Both the position numbers and the translations under genes were made by a program. From Schmidtea polychroa (Eukaryota), in NCBI GenBank assembly GCA_044892525.1, contig CM097885.1:10108001-10172000 (forward strand): a stretch of DNA of 64,000 bases, read 5' to 3'. This document shows, piece by piece, positions 37,372 to 51,626 of the stretch; the stretch's first letter is position 1; each line of letters opens with the position of its first letter. The notes under the pieces were generated by a model, which was not told where the DNA came from, searched no databases, and saw nothing but the letters and a program-made list of their open reading frames with translations.

Positions 37372-38929
37372 TGTTGGTTACTTAGGGGTGTGTCATTTTA
37401 AATCTTAAATACGTTAGGGGTAATCATAGGTAATCACTCGACTCTTTCCTAAGCACCTCCATGACTGTTGTACTTTAAACCATTTGTGTACCCATGGCGA
37501 CGACCATGTTGGTGCTGTACACAAAGGCGAAAAAACGATGAGCAGGTGAGCTCTATTGCTAAAACTACTCCCCATTGTATTTTCTCTTCGGGTTCTAGAC
37601 GGCCGATAGAAGGTCTTACGTCATCAATCATTTTTCTATTTCTATTTTCTACTTTTCTATCTCATTCAGCTATGGTCCTCATTTCTAGATGTTTTCTATT
37701 GTTTCTTTTCAAAATTTTGTGCAGGGATGCGCCCTTATTTTTCTAATAATAAATGTTGCTAGGTATTTTCCTTGATATTTATGAATATTTAACCTATCTT
37801 CCAAAATATTTGAGCAGGGATCGGCCCTGATTTCCAATTTAATCCACAACTCCCATAATAGTTAAATTATTCTTTAAAAAATTTGAGCAGGGATCTGCCT
37901 GTATTTGTAATTCTAACTTATACTCCAATAGAAATACTTACGGCGACAGACCAGTGGAGAAGCCCCACATTATGGCCCGATCAAGCCGCGTGAATCTGAA
38001 AAGCCAGCTGACCTATTCGCAAAAGGAGTAACAAGTGTCCCTTAAGCTGTGGCCTACTGTTTCCCAGCTTCACTGTAACTATTTTTCATAAATAATAAGC
38101 ATAACAATTGAACCCAATAAAAATTATTATTCAAAACTTAAAAATTAAATGAAAATTAAACAATTAAATAACTAAACTAAATTGAATATAAAATTTATTT
38201 AGCTTAAAACATTACATAAAAATTTCATATTAAAATAAAATTACCCAGTCCAATCCACGATGTCAAAAAATCGAGAAAAAACTGAGAGCAAGTGTTTACC
38301 GTCAATGTAATGGTTACACTATCCGAAATGACCAGTTGTGGTGTTGAAAAACTAGTTTCTTTTTTTTTCAAATGAATTTTTAATCAGTATTTGTACTGAT
38401 TTTAAATGTGCATTCATGCATTCTCTTCTACTCTATCCAATTAGAGTGCGAGAAATTTTGAATTAATTTTGCATACATGCATGAGCATGTGCAATTATTT
38501 ATTTATTTTTAATTTCATTAATTTAATTAATTAATTATTTAATTTTTTATTAATTTTAATAATTTAATTTTATAAATTAAATAATCTGAGTTATTTTAAT
38601 TTTAATTAATTTAAACACTTATTCTTTAAATTTTATAAGTTACATAATTCTTACCATTTTATTCTATAAACTTTACAATTTACATAATGTTAACTAATTT
38701 TATTATTTTGACGATTTAATTTTTATATCGTTTAAATAATTTTCAAATAATTCTATTTTACATTTTATTATTTTTCTATCGAAATTTTTAAGTGTTCAAT
38801 TTTTTTGTTAAATTTATTTATCTCTTTATTCTATTATACAGGGTTTATTGATTCTTAATGTGTTATGTAATTTATTTTATATTAAACCTTGATCATAACT
38901 TTTTTTAACTTTGCGATTCTTTCTAAACA
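37372..38929. mobile_element. Long solo-LTR-like repeat (copy A)
   Basis: TGTTGG start and ..AACA end; homologous along its length to the reverse complement of 41811-43563. Confidence 0.65.
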
Positions 38930-39163
38930 GATCAATAAATGGATCTGTTCAAAGCTCATTAAATGCTGATCCAATTTGATCCAATCAGCATTAGATGCGG
39001 TTACAGCTGATCCACAGCATCAATAATGTTGCAATCGGTTTATAATTGGGCAAATGCATCAATAACTGATCCAGATCAATGGATCCACCAGTACAAGGCA
39101 GATAATAAAACAAATCAAAAACCAAAATAAATCAATTTTTTATTGAAATGTTTTTTTAATTTT

Positions 39164-40627
39164 TCATAATTTTTCAATTCTGCAGCTGAGCAGCAATTTA
39201 TCACTTTTGGCTGCTAATTCATTGATTGAGCGATCAGTATTATTATAAATACAAATTGGATCATTTCTGTCATCTGACGGTTTCATCCATCCGACATCAC
39301 GAGGGCGATCTGAATATTTCACTGACTCGCTCATATAAATGCTGCCATTTGCTGGATCGATCACATCGATTGTCACGGATTGATTGAAAGGCCAATCCAA
39401 TTGCTCATCATTTGCCCCACGCATCAAACAGAAAGCAAACCCAACCCAATTACCCATAATCAGCACCACCAAGCACATTTTGTAACCGATTGGCCCGGAA
39501 TAAAATGCCTCGCTGTAAATATTTTCATTTCTCTTTTGTTGTGAAAAGTTATCGATTTGCCATTCAAAAAATCCGTAATTTATATATTTTTAATTTCTAA
39601 TTTTGTTTCATTCTGCCGAATTTCATTGGTGCATTTCGCCATTTCAAGCTGCAACTGAATCTCAAATTCAAATATTTCAAATAATCAATAAATCACCTTT
39701 TCATTCTCAAGTTGCAGCCGCTGCTCGCATTTCTCTTTCATGTCATCAATTTGCAGTTGACATTTTGATTCAATCACCTCAATTTGCTGTCTGATCTGCT
39801 TTGCATCAATAACAAATCAATAACAAATAAAATAAATAATCAAACTTGATTGATTGATCCAATATTTGTCTCCATCTCCATTCTCAATGAGCGATTCTCA
39901 TTCTTCACTGCCACCATTTCCTCGTTCAATTCTTCTATTTTCCTTCTGTTCTCCGCCTCTTTCCTTTCAATATTGCACAATTTCACCTCCAATCACAAAT
40001 ATCAATAAATTAATTACAAATAATATTTACATCGATATTATCAAATTGTTGTTTGAATTGCGACATTTCTCCTTTCAATCCGATAATTTCGTTACGCAAT
40101 TTCATATTCTCATCTCTCATTGATTGTATCTCATTGCATAAATTACTGATCTGATTAATCAATAATTTGCTATGGCTTTCATTGTTCTCATTAAGATGGA
40201 CTTTCATTTCGTCCTTCTCCACCTCATTCATTTCACATCCAATTTTATTGAACGGACATCTGATTGGCTGCTTGTTGCATGTTTTAGTGTGGTTCTCCAT
40301 CATGCACAACTCGGTTTTGAATTCAAAATTTTGCATTGGGCATTTTACAATAACTTCAGATATTTTTAAATTCACTGAATGATCTACAGAAACATCTTTA
40401 GTGAAAAGAATCGTTTGAACTTGACAATATCTTGCTGCTCCTGGACAGAATTTATCTTTTCCTTCCAAATAATGCTCAATGCAATCAGAACAAAAGCGAC
40501 AACCGAATGCAGCTTGGCAAGCTTTTATCATTAAACATTTGCAAATTGTGTATATCAATTCACTGCTGATTTCATTATCAAATTCAAATTTATTTCTCCT
40601 CATCATTTCCCATACGCTTGCAAACAT
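39164..40627 (-). pseudogene. TRAF-family gene (RING, TRAF zinc finger, coiled coil, MATH domain), probably a pseudogene
   Basis: YTICKCLMIKACQAAFGCRFCSDC (RING with lost Cys), CPFNKIGC..H, coiled coil split by ~40-50-nt introns, MATH FEWQIDNF..YSEAFYSGPIGYKMCL..MRGANDEQLDWPF. Apparent 2-nt frameshift at ~39580. Confidence 0.85.
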
Positions 40628-41810
40628 TTTATCTAAAATTAACAAAATTATCAAAATATTTCAACATTCATCAATCATACTTATTATATTAATTATTTCT
40701 TCTGACTTTTACAATTTCAATATTTATAATTTGTATTTTAATGTAGATAAACTAACAATTTATAAATATTGTATTTTAGCTGAGCGTAATTCGAAATTTT
40801 ATTAATGTTAATTTTCATTTTTTTTATTTATTTTAAATCTTACAAAATTATTTAAATTCAAATTTGATAACAAAAAGTAAAATATTGATGGAAATTTAAA
40901 TAACATTTTTAAACGGAAAATCAAAATTAAAAATAGGTCAAAATATAAAAGTTTATATTTTTCATAAAATATTAAAATTAAAAAATATTAATTTAAAGAA
41001 TTTTATCTGAAATTAGATTTTATTTGAAGAGATTAGAAAAGAATTCAAAATCATCAGAGCAAAAATAGAAATTTAACAAAAAATTAATATTGTTTATTCA
41101 AATAATTTTTAACAAAATAACAAAATATTTTCATTCAATTTTTAAAGAAAAAGTTTGAATAAAATTTTACTGGGTAACACTAAACTGGTTATTAATGTAT
41201 TCAGAAATTGTTGGGTTTTGGCATTTGATCTAATGATCTCGTTATGGTTATAAATATTGGGAATGATCCACAATTGGATAAGGATATTTCACTGATCCAA
41301 ATATTAGAATATAATTCACTCAGAAGATTTAATCTAAATCTTGTATCAAGAATTTTATGAAATAATTAAAATAAGTCAAACGGGAACATGAAAATTTGTA
41401 GTAAAATGAATAAATAAATTAATTAAATATCTGTGTTAATGTTAAAAATTCAAATATTTTGTACGATTTGAATAAGTTTAAATCAATAATTATAAAACAA
41501 TTAAATATTTCATTATGAAATTATTAAAATATTTCAAAGTTTTTCAAAATTCATAAATTATAATTAAAAATAATTATTTCCTCTTACTTTTGAAATTTCA
41601 ATATTGAAAATTTGTTTATTGGTGTAGATAAACAAACATTTTGTAAATATTGGTTTTTAGATTAAATTGAGATTTGAAATTCGACTAATGTAAATTTTTC
41701 AGTTTTTTTTATTTATTTGTAACTTAATTTCCAAAATTTTTGTTAAAACAAAATTAATATTTTTAAATATCTTTCAAAATTATTTAAATCAAATTTTGAA
41801 AACAGAGTAA

Positions 41811-43563
41811 TGTTGGGCTAGAACCGATAATTGAGAGCTTGTTTTAATGAATCAAAAATATATAACATAAAAATCGCACCAAGTTTAATTAAAACACTAA
41901 TCAATACAAATTAAACTACATAACACATTGATGATAAATAAGACCCGGGTAGTAAAATAAAGGAAAGCAAAAAAAGGCCACGATCACTAACACAATTAGG
42001 AGAAACATCGTATTCGGAATAGCTAACAACAAAAAAAATAAAATAAAATAATAATAAATAAAGTAATGGGCAATAAATTAATTAATAATATGAAAAATTC
42101 TAAATAAATAAATTTAAAATAAATTATCTAGTAAACTGGTAAAATGATAAAAAGTAGAATAAAATTATTAAATTAGATAAATTATAAAAATTTATAAAAT
42201 CAAATTGTTTAAATCAATGAAACTAAAATAAAATTAACTAAACTTATTTAAATTATAAAACTTGTAAATCTAAATTAAAATTAGCAAAAACTATTTAAAT
42301 TATAGAATTATAAAAATAAATCTTAAAAATTAATATAAATAGAATTTTGATTAATTAAATTAAAAAAATAAACAATTGCACACAATTATGCATGCATGCA
42401 AAAATTAATCAGAATTGCCTCGCATTCTAATTGGACATAGTAGCAGAGAATGCGTAGGTGTACAATTCTATTAGTATAAATACGGATTGAAATTTCAGTT
42501 TAACAACTGGTTAAACTTGTTCAACTTGTGCAATCAGAAATTCAAAAGACGTTATCAGGAGCTCTCAATTTTTGATGTATGCCATCGCGGTAAGGTAAAT
42601 TTAATTTTTTGTATGTTAGATGTAATTTTGTTAGGTTTAATATTATCTAAAAATTTTTTTAGTAACAATTTTTAAATTGAAGTTGTTTTCCATTTATATT
42701 GATATTTTATTTTTTTATTTTTCTGTTGTTCGTTAAGTGTAATGTTATATAATTTTATGAATTAATAAAATTTTAAATAGAAGTTAATTTTCGGTAATAT
42801 TTTAACAATAAATATCTTATTTATTTTGACCCGGTTATAATTTTAATAATACTTGTAGTTGAATTGATTTATAATAAATTTATGTGCCGATGCTTTAGAT
42901 TCAGCGGAATAGTTGTGAACTGATGACATTCATGTCGTTGGTCAGCAGATGTTTCGTCAGTTTGGTCCATCGGATAGTTTAGGGCCTTGTTTATGTCTAG
43001 ATAGAATAGAGTGGCTCAGTCACTTTTAATTTCATAGATATCACTGAGTTAGGAGACATAATAGGATAGTTATGAACTGTTGTCGGTAGATGAAGTAAAT
43101 TTCTATAGAAACCACGAATAGTTAAGATATCCGATAGTCCAGGATTAGAAATACAGGCGGATCCCTGCTCAAACTTTTATGAGAAGTGTGGGAACATGTT
43201 TATTAACTTGGGAATAAGGGCAGACCCCTAATCAACTTTTCGAAAAATTAAGTTACATTTTTCATAAGAACTGCTGAAAATATGGAACGACATTTATCGA
43301 CTGGGAAATAAATTATCGACAAATATTATAAAAACCCATAATGATTTATGATAGGAAAATAAAAGCACATCACTGCACAAAATTTTGGAAAGGAACAATA
43401 GAAAACATCCAGAAATGAAGACCATAGTTGAATAAAATAGAAAAGTACGCAAATGGTTAAAGTACAATAGTCATGGACGTGCTTAGGAAAGAGTCGAGTG
43501 AATACCTATGATTACTCCTAACGTATTTAAAATTTAAAATGACACACCCCTAAGTAACCAACA
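41811..43563. mobile_element. Long solo-LTR-like repeat (copy B, inverted relative to copy A)
   Basis: TGTTGGG...CCAACA termini; 43452-43563 is nearly the reverse complement of 37372-37495. Confidence 0.65.
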
Positions 43564-45499
43564 TGATTTTTGGGGGCTCAGCCGGTATTTATCAATAAAA
43601 ATCGTCTTTGTCAAAAGCCAATTCTAACTACAAAATTTCGAGATCAAAAATGACTTTCAATCGAAAACCTAACGTTAATAAGAAAACGAAAAATTTTATA
43701 AAAGTGAAAACAATAAATTAAGAGAATTCAAAATTAAATATAGTTTAGTAATTATATTTGAGTAAAATTTATATTGTAGTAAAAAGTATTTTGGCAACCA
43801 TAAAATTAGAAAATTTTAAAACTAAAAATTATTTAGGAAAATGGAATTACCTACAGTTTTACTTTATTTTATTTGTTTTTATTTTTGTATTCTCCACTCT
43901 CCATTGCTGTGAGTGCCCACTGCAACACGTGTGTGTGCGGCATCGTGAAATTAATTATTCAATTGTAGCTAGTTTTAAGGAAAAAATATGCATGATAAAA
44001 CCAAGAATTCCAAAATAAAATAATGCAGATTTCTTTAAATTGCCGCGTAAAAATAACTTTTACTCTTTGTCTAGTCGTAAGAAAAAAAATCAGTTACCCT
44101 TCTTGTGGAATTAATAATCTGGTCAATCTGTTTCGTGGAAGTTGTTAAAAATGTATTGAAGATCTTTTTAACTTGTTGGATAGATGAGAAGGTTCTTGGC
44201 TAAAATATTCAAGAATGTGCGTATCAAAAGGATAATGTATGTGTATATCACTGACTATAGGATCAAAAGAATGGAATGAAAATGATTTCCGTTCGGTTGG
44301 ATTTTTGTCAATTCAAAAATTGGAATTTTAGTTATGATGGAGTAAGTAAGTTAGGTTAATGTTGATAAAAGGAAATATGAAATTCTTTTCAGCTAAATTT
44401 GTTTTAAATGATCGGATGATTGAATGGCGGTTTGGTTCGGGTTTAACTGGGGATTGGTTGTTTGTGCTCTTAGTCATATTTGTGTCAATAATTTGTTGAA
44501 TGTTAATGATGAATATTGCCAATACAGGGAGTTAACAGGTTGCTTCCTAAGGAACTTTTATGGTGTTGTGTTATGTTATGTCATCGAGTTTCAGAATTGG
44601 CGGATCCCAATCATTGGTTTTGACATTGCACAGGATAAACTGAATTCGTCTGATTAATATATCTTATTATATGCATTTTAGATTGAAATTGAATGCGCTT
44701 GTTTTGAGTAAGTATTTAACAAACTAATAATTAATAAATAGGAAGATTAATTAGAATTAATGGTTAATAAAATAAATTAAAATTTGTATTCGAATAATGT
44801 GCTAATAGTTTGGTAATAAATATTTCTGAATTGGTGATAATTAATTTTCAAAAGATTTTTCCGAAGTAATAAATTGGTAGGTTGATAGAGTGACCATTCT
44901 TAAATTACATGTATGTGTCGGCCAGATGATGTTTAAGAAAATGAATATGGGATGCTTGTTTATTGTAACTCGGTGTAAGTTTCGAATGCGCTTTGAAAGC
45001 CAGGTATAGGGTTGTTTGAGTGAAATGATAGCGTTAGAGTTTGAAAGCAAATGATTTTGGTATTGACCACATCACATTACCTTCTTTATCCATCGGTAAA
45101 TCGGGAATAGTATCCAAAGATGTCAAAATACATTATGGTAAAATGGGAAATAGGAACAGCAAAAGATAATTAAATGAACATTCAAATAAAAATATAACAA
45201 AACACAACAAATAATAAAACACCAAATATCAAATAAAACGAATGGTAATCAAGTCCTTAACATAGAGATAATTGAATCACCCATTAAGATATAGCTTCTG
45301 CAAATGCTAATTCAGGATGAGTAATATTGTGAAAAGGATAGTGCCCGCCCATTCTTCTGAATGAACACAGTACTGGAGAAAGAAATATATCTAAAGATAT
45401 GTAGATCGGGCGAAACAGAGCGGGGTAACAAAATCTATGAAAAGAGACTAGGAAGTAAATACAATGAAAGGCATCGAAACATCGCTGGTAAAATGATAG

Positions 45500-48180
45500 C
45501 TACTTGTCATCAACATAGAATAAATAAAAGCCTTAAGTAAATGAATGAAAGTAAGAACTGAACGTGGCTGCAAGACAAATGAAAAGAAAAAACTGGTTGG
45601 GAACTAAACTAGAGACAATCGCGAATAACCCATTAATAACAATCACAGTATAAAAGTGAGCAGAAGTAAATCGAAAAGGCACAAGAACTAAATTAAAATT
45701 GACTGGACAACTTTGCAAAATAGGCGAACATCACAGGCATCAAGGATATGTAGAAAATGAATTTTAAAATTTATGTAGAACGGCTCAAGAAGTTAACAAA
45801 GTAAATAGAGAAATTTATGAAAATAAATACACAAGACACCGGAATAACATGGTATATATCGACAAATGATCCAGCGAAAGAAACCAAGAAGCCCAATGTT
45901 AGCCAAAGAAATATGAAAATACAGCACAGTTATACGCACAATGCTCATATTAATAATCGGAGAAACTATGAAATGAGAGCGAAGGACGAAGTACAAATAG
46001 TTAAACAAATCCAGCATAGTATTCATAGAAAATTGTTATAAGATAAGGAGTAAAATATTCCGAGAGGGAGGTGGAATGAGCAGAAGATCACCGTAGCTGT
46101 ATTTTGCGTTATAGAGAAAACAACGAACTATTATCATGGTCATAACATTGAAAAGAGATGGTAATGGCAGAACTGAGTGCCAAAAAAGAGGACTAATTGC
46201 ATAAAAAATAATCGTATATATCGGTGTATACACCACAATCAAAATAATATATAATAAAGGACCGATCACCATAAACAAAGATAAAATAATGCGAAAAATC
46301 AAAAATATTAAAATGTTCGCTTATTGAAGAGTAAAGAAAATCAATCAGAGAAAATGGACGTTTGGGAAATATTCTAGAGGACACGAGAACAAAACACTGA
46401 GAACCGAGAGAACACAATATAATAAATAAATAAAATAATGAATGTTGCGGACGACATTTTGCGTAGACGCGGAGGATAAAAATGAGAACAAACTAAGATA
46501 ACAACAAACGGGAGACCAGGATGAAAGTCAAAATTGAACAACAATAGACATGAGCAATAATAAGAACAATCGGAAAAAATATACAAAAACATGATTGACA
46601 GAAAATGAAGAGCACACATATAACAAAATAGAATATGAACAAATAAACACAATAAAAATGACAAGGAAAACAGAACGAAATGAACAAACATGAAACAACA
46701 AATAACAAATTCACAGAAGGAAAGCAAGGGCAAAGACATTTGAATGAAAAATCAAAACGGCAAGAAACGACAAATATAAAATGAAACACGATGCAATGAA
46801 ATAGAACAAAAAATTGAAAGCTTAACATCACGACACGGCCAATTAAAATAACAAGAGGCACTAACAAAAATGAGATCAATAAGAAACATCGAACAAAGTT
46901 TTAGTTATGGAAAACGAACATACAGCCTACTTTTACTATGGAACAAAAAGTTACAATAATGAAAAACGAACGGACTGTCTACTTTTATTAAGAAACAAAA
47001 AGTTACAATTGCGGATATTCGAATAATAAATTTGAATAATTTGAATAAATTCAGAAATAATAAAAGCAATAATATCAACCACTCCAGGAACAGCTAGAGA
47101 GAAACGCGTATAGATGTAGGTATACGGATATAGGTGGATATGTATATATGAATACATGAGTATGGATAAGGATATATGTAGACATATATAAACAATTAAA
47201 TGAGTTAATGAAAATAAATGAACAACCAAAGTTACGTGCCAAAAGTAAAATAGCAAATAGGCGCGGAAATAAGTTAAAAACATAAAATATAAGGAGTGGA
47301 ACAAAGAGGCCCATCAACAGAAAAACAATTAACAAATTTTGAAAACGTAAAATATACGAAATGAGGAACATTATGATGGGGGAAATCAGTGAGAGGTAAC
47401 ATAAAGAATCAAAGCTAAGGAAAATATACAAATACGGAAGTGTGATAAATTACAAAATTGAGCAGGGATGTTTAGTAAATAAACCATTAACGAATAGAAG
47501 GGTAACGAATAAAATGGATAAACAAATATTAACGAGTGATGCGAGAGGGATATGCCTGAGGAAATAGTGAGTATATTAACGAGAAATAAGTCAACCGAAA
47601 CAGTGATAGTAAAAGCGACAGCAATAAAACATTAACCAAGTAAGAAAAGTGGATATATTTAGAGTAATAAAAAATGATCAAGTGTAACCAAGACAAGTAA
47701 ATTAAGGGCATGACGTATAAATGAGAATAGAGGTATTGCGAAAATTGAGAGCAAATAAATAGGGCAAAGGTTTTCTGTTTTAAGAAATACACAACCCATG
47801 AGCTACACTTAGCGTAGTACGAATAAGGTCCAGGGAAGTATTGACAACAATAATAAAAAAAGAGGAATATAAAGGGTGACCAATATAGTAAACGTAGGAA
47901 ATTATTAAAATTGGAAACAAACGCGAACAGAATAAACTACATCAATGGAGAAAATTAAGATAAAAACAAGAATGCAATGTAATACAAGTCAATAGACAGA
48001 GATAAGCCCAGGAGAAAAGACAGTTAAAGTAGAGAAAACTATAGAAACGAAGAAAAAGAATGTGAATTAAAATATGAAGGATCGAAAAATTACGTAGGAA
48101 TTTGAGAACCAATGTGTAAACAAAAATAATGACGAAATAAATATTGAGATATGCCAGCACCCAAAGAAACCAAAGTAAAA
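45500..48180 (+). mobile_element. Highly decayed APE-type LINE (RTE-like)
   Basis: Strongly A/G-rich strand. Residual KRW*WQN..NC..N..RC..RTDHH near 46150-46275 resembles an endonuclease C-terminus; faint RT-like motifs further on. Confidence 0.4.
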
Positions 48181-48249
48181 ATATTGCAATTGCACAATAT
48201 TATATATATATATATATAATAAACGATAAGGAGAAGTGATATTTTTCTA

Positions 48250-49960
48250 TTCAGGTAAATCAATCAATCAAGCCAACAGCTAAGTATCAACAATCAACCA
48301 GAAGTTATCGCCAAATAATTAAGCCAAGTTCGGAAATATTGAGCCAATAGCAAAGCATACCAGATCCAAACAGTCAATAATAGAACCAAGTTTATTGAAG
48401 GAAGAAGAATTAAAAGCTGCAAAGAAAGGAAGGCGGACTATTAAACCCACACAAGCACAAGAAATCGAAAAGAAAAATAAAAGAGACATCTCAAAAACCA
48501 AAAGTCGATCCCTAAAAGAAAGTGGTGAAAAGAATTTCGAAAACAATAGGTCAAGAAGCGTAGTACGCGGATCAGAACCTCGGGAAGGAAAAACTTTATC
48601 CAAAAACAGAAATGATAAAAGTGACATAAACCTAATAAAATAAAAGACAAACACTCTTCTGAAAAGAAATGATTTTGAAGGCTATGGATTTAATTTACGT
48701 TCGGAAGTCAATAAACCCGGTCATTTTATCGGTCACATTCAAGCGAATTCTCCAGCATTCCAAGCTGGACTGTTAACAAACGATTCTTTCATTGAAGTAA
48801 ACGGCTTCAATGTTCGTGGCGAAAACCATCAACAAGTTGTTAGAAGAATTAAAGAAGAATCATCGATGCAGATGAATACTATTATCGTAGAGCAAACAAG
48901 ATTAAAATTACGAAAGATGATAATCGAACTAATTCCCACGAACCATTAATGTTGTTAGCTGCAACTGCAGGGATATTCAGTCCTTCCAATGACAAATATT
49001 CCTCGTCAACTAAGAAGGACCAAACCACAACAGGCTATATCTGGCACGACATGTCAAATGAAAATAAGAAAAGAGTGATGGTTCCAGCAGAATACCGAAA
49101 TGACTTCATCAAACCATTCGACAATATAAACTCATGCATACGAATGTGGTATGGCTAAACATGAGGAAATATATCAAAGAATTTGTCAATTTATGCATAC
49201 ACTGTCATAAAAACAAAACAGCAAAAGTCGGTTACCCCACAACAGAACCTTTCGAAACAAAACACATAAACATTGTTGAATCACTGCTACCCAACAACAA
49301 ACACAAATACTTACTCACAATAATTGAGCGAAACACAACTGATTCAAGGCAATCACAATCAAATAAACCTCATTAGCATCAATCTGAAGAAAATTAGAAC
49401 TAAAGTGGTTCGCGAGATAAGAATTCCCAAAAACATTAATCAAAGATCAAGGCAGACCTTTTGAGTCAAACCAATATAGGGGACTGTGTTCAAAATACAA
49501 AATAAAAAGTCAGAACTACTGCATATAACCCACAATCAAACGGGAAAGTAGAAAAATTACACAACACCAATCTACCGAATATAACGAAAACTGTCAAAAA
49601 ACAAAAGATCAAACAGACAAAGCAAACCAAAAAGTAAAAGAATTTATAGAAACAACAAAGAAAACATGCACAAAACAAGCATATACTGTACAAGTTTTAT
49701 ATATTTTTTATTTATTGATGTTGTAAATCACAACAACAATAAACAAAAGGAGAAAACACAAAAAATGTAATTGTACATTTGAATTGTTGATACGCTTTCA
49801 TTTAAATCTTATTATCTTTACTTTTTTGCCATGGTCAACGTTCAGAAATATTGAAAAAATATAAACATGTTAACCTCTTGTTGTAAAGTGGGAAGTTATG
49901 TACCGTGTTTTATTATGTTGTTGTTTAATTATATTTGTTTATTATTTTGTTTTAATTAAT
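48250..49960 (+). mobile_element. Non-autonomous gypsy derivative containing a PDZ domain
   Basis: Integrase remnants (IWHDMSNENKKRVMVP, WLNMRKYIKEFVNLCIHC, TTAYNPQSNGKVEKLH) and CATGTTAACCTC..AAAGTGGGAAGTTATGTAC, matching the PPT/LTR junction of the 16-21 kb element; left boundary uncertain. Confidence 0.75.
48644..48949 (+). pseudogene. NHERF/EBP50-type PDZ domain reading frame (not in the ORF track)
   Basis: LLKRNDFEGYGFNLRSEVNKPGHFIGHIQANSPAFQAGLLTNDSFIEVNGFNVRGENHQQVVRRIKE. Confidence 0.9.
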
Positions 49961-50842
49961 TATGAAATTCTCTATAGTAAACGCTTGGCGATTTATTATA
50001 GAGAAGACAAAAAATATTAATGAAAAATAATTAACTATGGAGATTAAATGTTAAATTAACAACTTGTCAAATTATGAATTATTTGAAAACTTTCGAAGTA
50101 TGAAATGATTGATGAAAGAAAGAAGAAAACATTTGATAAGTAAAGAATTGTTCTATATTTTTGGTTAATCTTTTTTTTTACATACCCGCTCGTACTAACC
50201 CCCACAATTGACAAACAATCACCACAGTTGTCCCGAAACAGATTGTTTTTAAAGTTGACTTTGCTGGGTTAAACAGATTATTTTCAACAAATAACAATTA
50301 TTAATTATAAGTGCCGAAAAATCGTGAATATCAAAAACATCGATATATTTACTGATTCATAGTCAAGCTTTTTAATAAATACAATATCAATTAAAAAGAA
50401 ATCAGTGGTGAAATTTGAAAAAGTTCTTATAATATATATATTGGGGTAATATATGAAGTCACAAAATAAACTGAAGCATAATAAAAATCAATAAAACACC
50501 AAATAACAAAAGTACAAAAATTAATTAAAAATTTATAAAATATGAAAATTAATTTTGATCGGGGAAGTGGGTTTGGTTGAACGCTAAATCATAAGACGTA
50601 TCCAAAAACAATAATAAAAATTTAGTGAGAGATCCCTAGAGAAAGTTACAATAAAATAACAAGCTAATTAAAAATTAATTAATCTCTAAAAAAAGCCCGA
50701 GTCAAAGGAAAACCCGGAGCACACTGAGACCTGATTAATAAGACAATCACAAAGTAAGTTTTGAGGCAAACTCGAACGAGCGCCAGTTAGGAATGGGTAA
50801 GTGAAATTGGTAGAATTCCAAAATTCCAAAAATCATTCAGAA

Positions 50843-51270
50843 CAGGGATTCCAAACTTTGGGTACGAGTACCAGTACCGGTACGCGAATTACTTTACGAT
50901 ATATAAAACAAAAATCTATTAAAAATCTGTTTTGCAAAAAAAACCTTTTCTGCAATGGCTGCGATGAAAACCAAGTATAGAGCTTTGCTGGACATTGAAT
51001 CGGAACTTCTCCTTAAACTGACAAACATTGAACCCGACATTTCTTCTTTAGTTAATAATAACAGGCCCAACCTTCTCACTAACTATTTTTTTAAGTCATA
51101 ATTATATTTTATTTATATGTTTAGCAGTAAATATATATATACCAAGTTACTTGTCTTTATTACAAATCTCCTTTGCATTTTATACCCCATTAAAAATTAG
51201 GTTTACCGGTACGCCATCAAATTGTTTACAACGTACAGGTACGGTCCTATGAAAAGGTTGAGAACCCTTG
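50843..51270 (+). mobile_element. Non-autonomous hAT (Buster-like)
   Basis: TIR-like CAGGGATTCCAAAC / GGTTGAGAACCCTTG, degenerate TSD ATTCAGAA/CTTTAGAA, residual FSAMAAMKTKYRALLD..PDISSLV..SH*. Confidence 0.75.
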
Positions 51271-51626
51271 CTTTAGAAGATAGAAAATAAGGTTTACCCA
51301 ATATTAAATAAACGCCTTTCAGAAAAATATAAAAGTAAAATAAGAAAATAGACGAGCCGCCAGTTGGTCGAAGAAAACAATATCACATCAGAACGTGTTG
51401 GGTTTTAGTTATTTGTTTGGAAAAAGACACGAGAAGTCAGAGATAACCGACTTTAATAAAATATTAACCAAACATATACAACGAACAATAAACATTTGCA
51501 AAGGACAATTCACTGTTAAATTTTTTTGTAAAAAGCCTTGTTCTGGATTCGCCACTTCTTCATATAATTGATAACAAGGAACATATTTAAAATCATTAGT
51601 AATAAATTTCAATTACTTTTATAAAA

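Noticed and set aside
42920..42962. CTGATGA hammerhead-like core
   Set aside because: No GAAA after the putative stem II; it is simply one arm of a hairpin within the LTR-like repeat
45793..48160. Cluster of hydrophobic minus-strand ORFs resembling membrane proteins
   Set aside because: Artefact of the T-rich antisense strand of an A-rich decayed element; overlapping frames and no motifs
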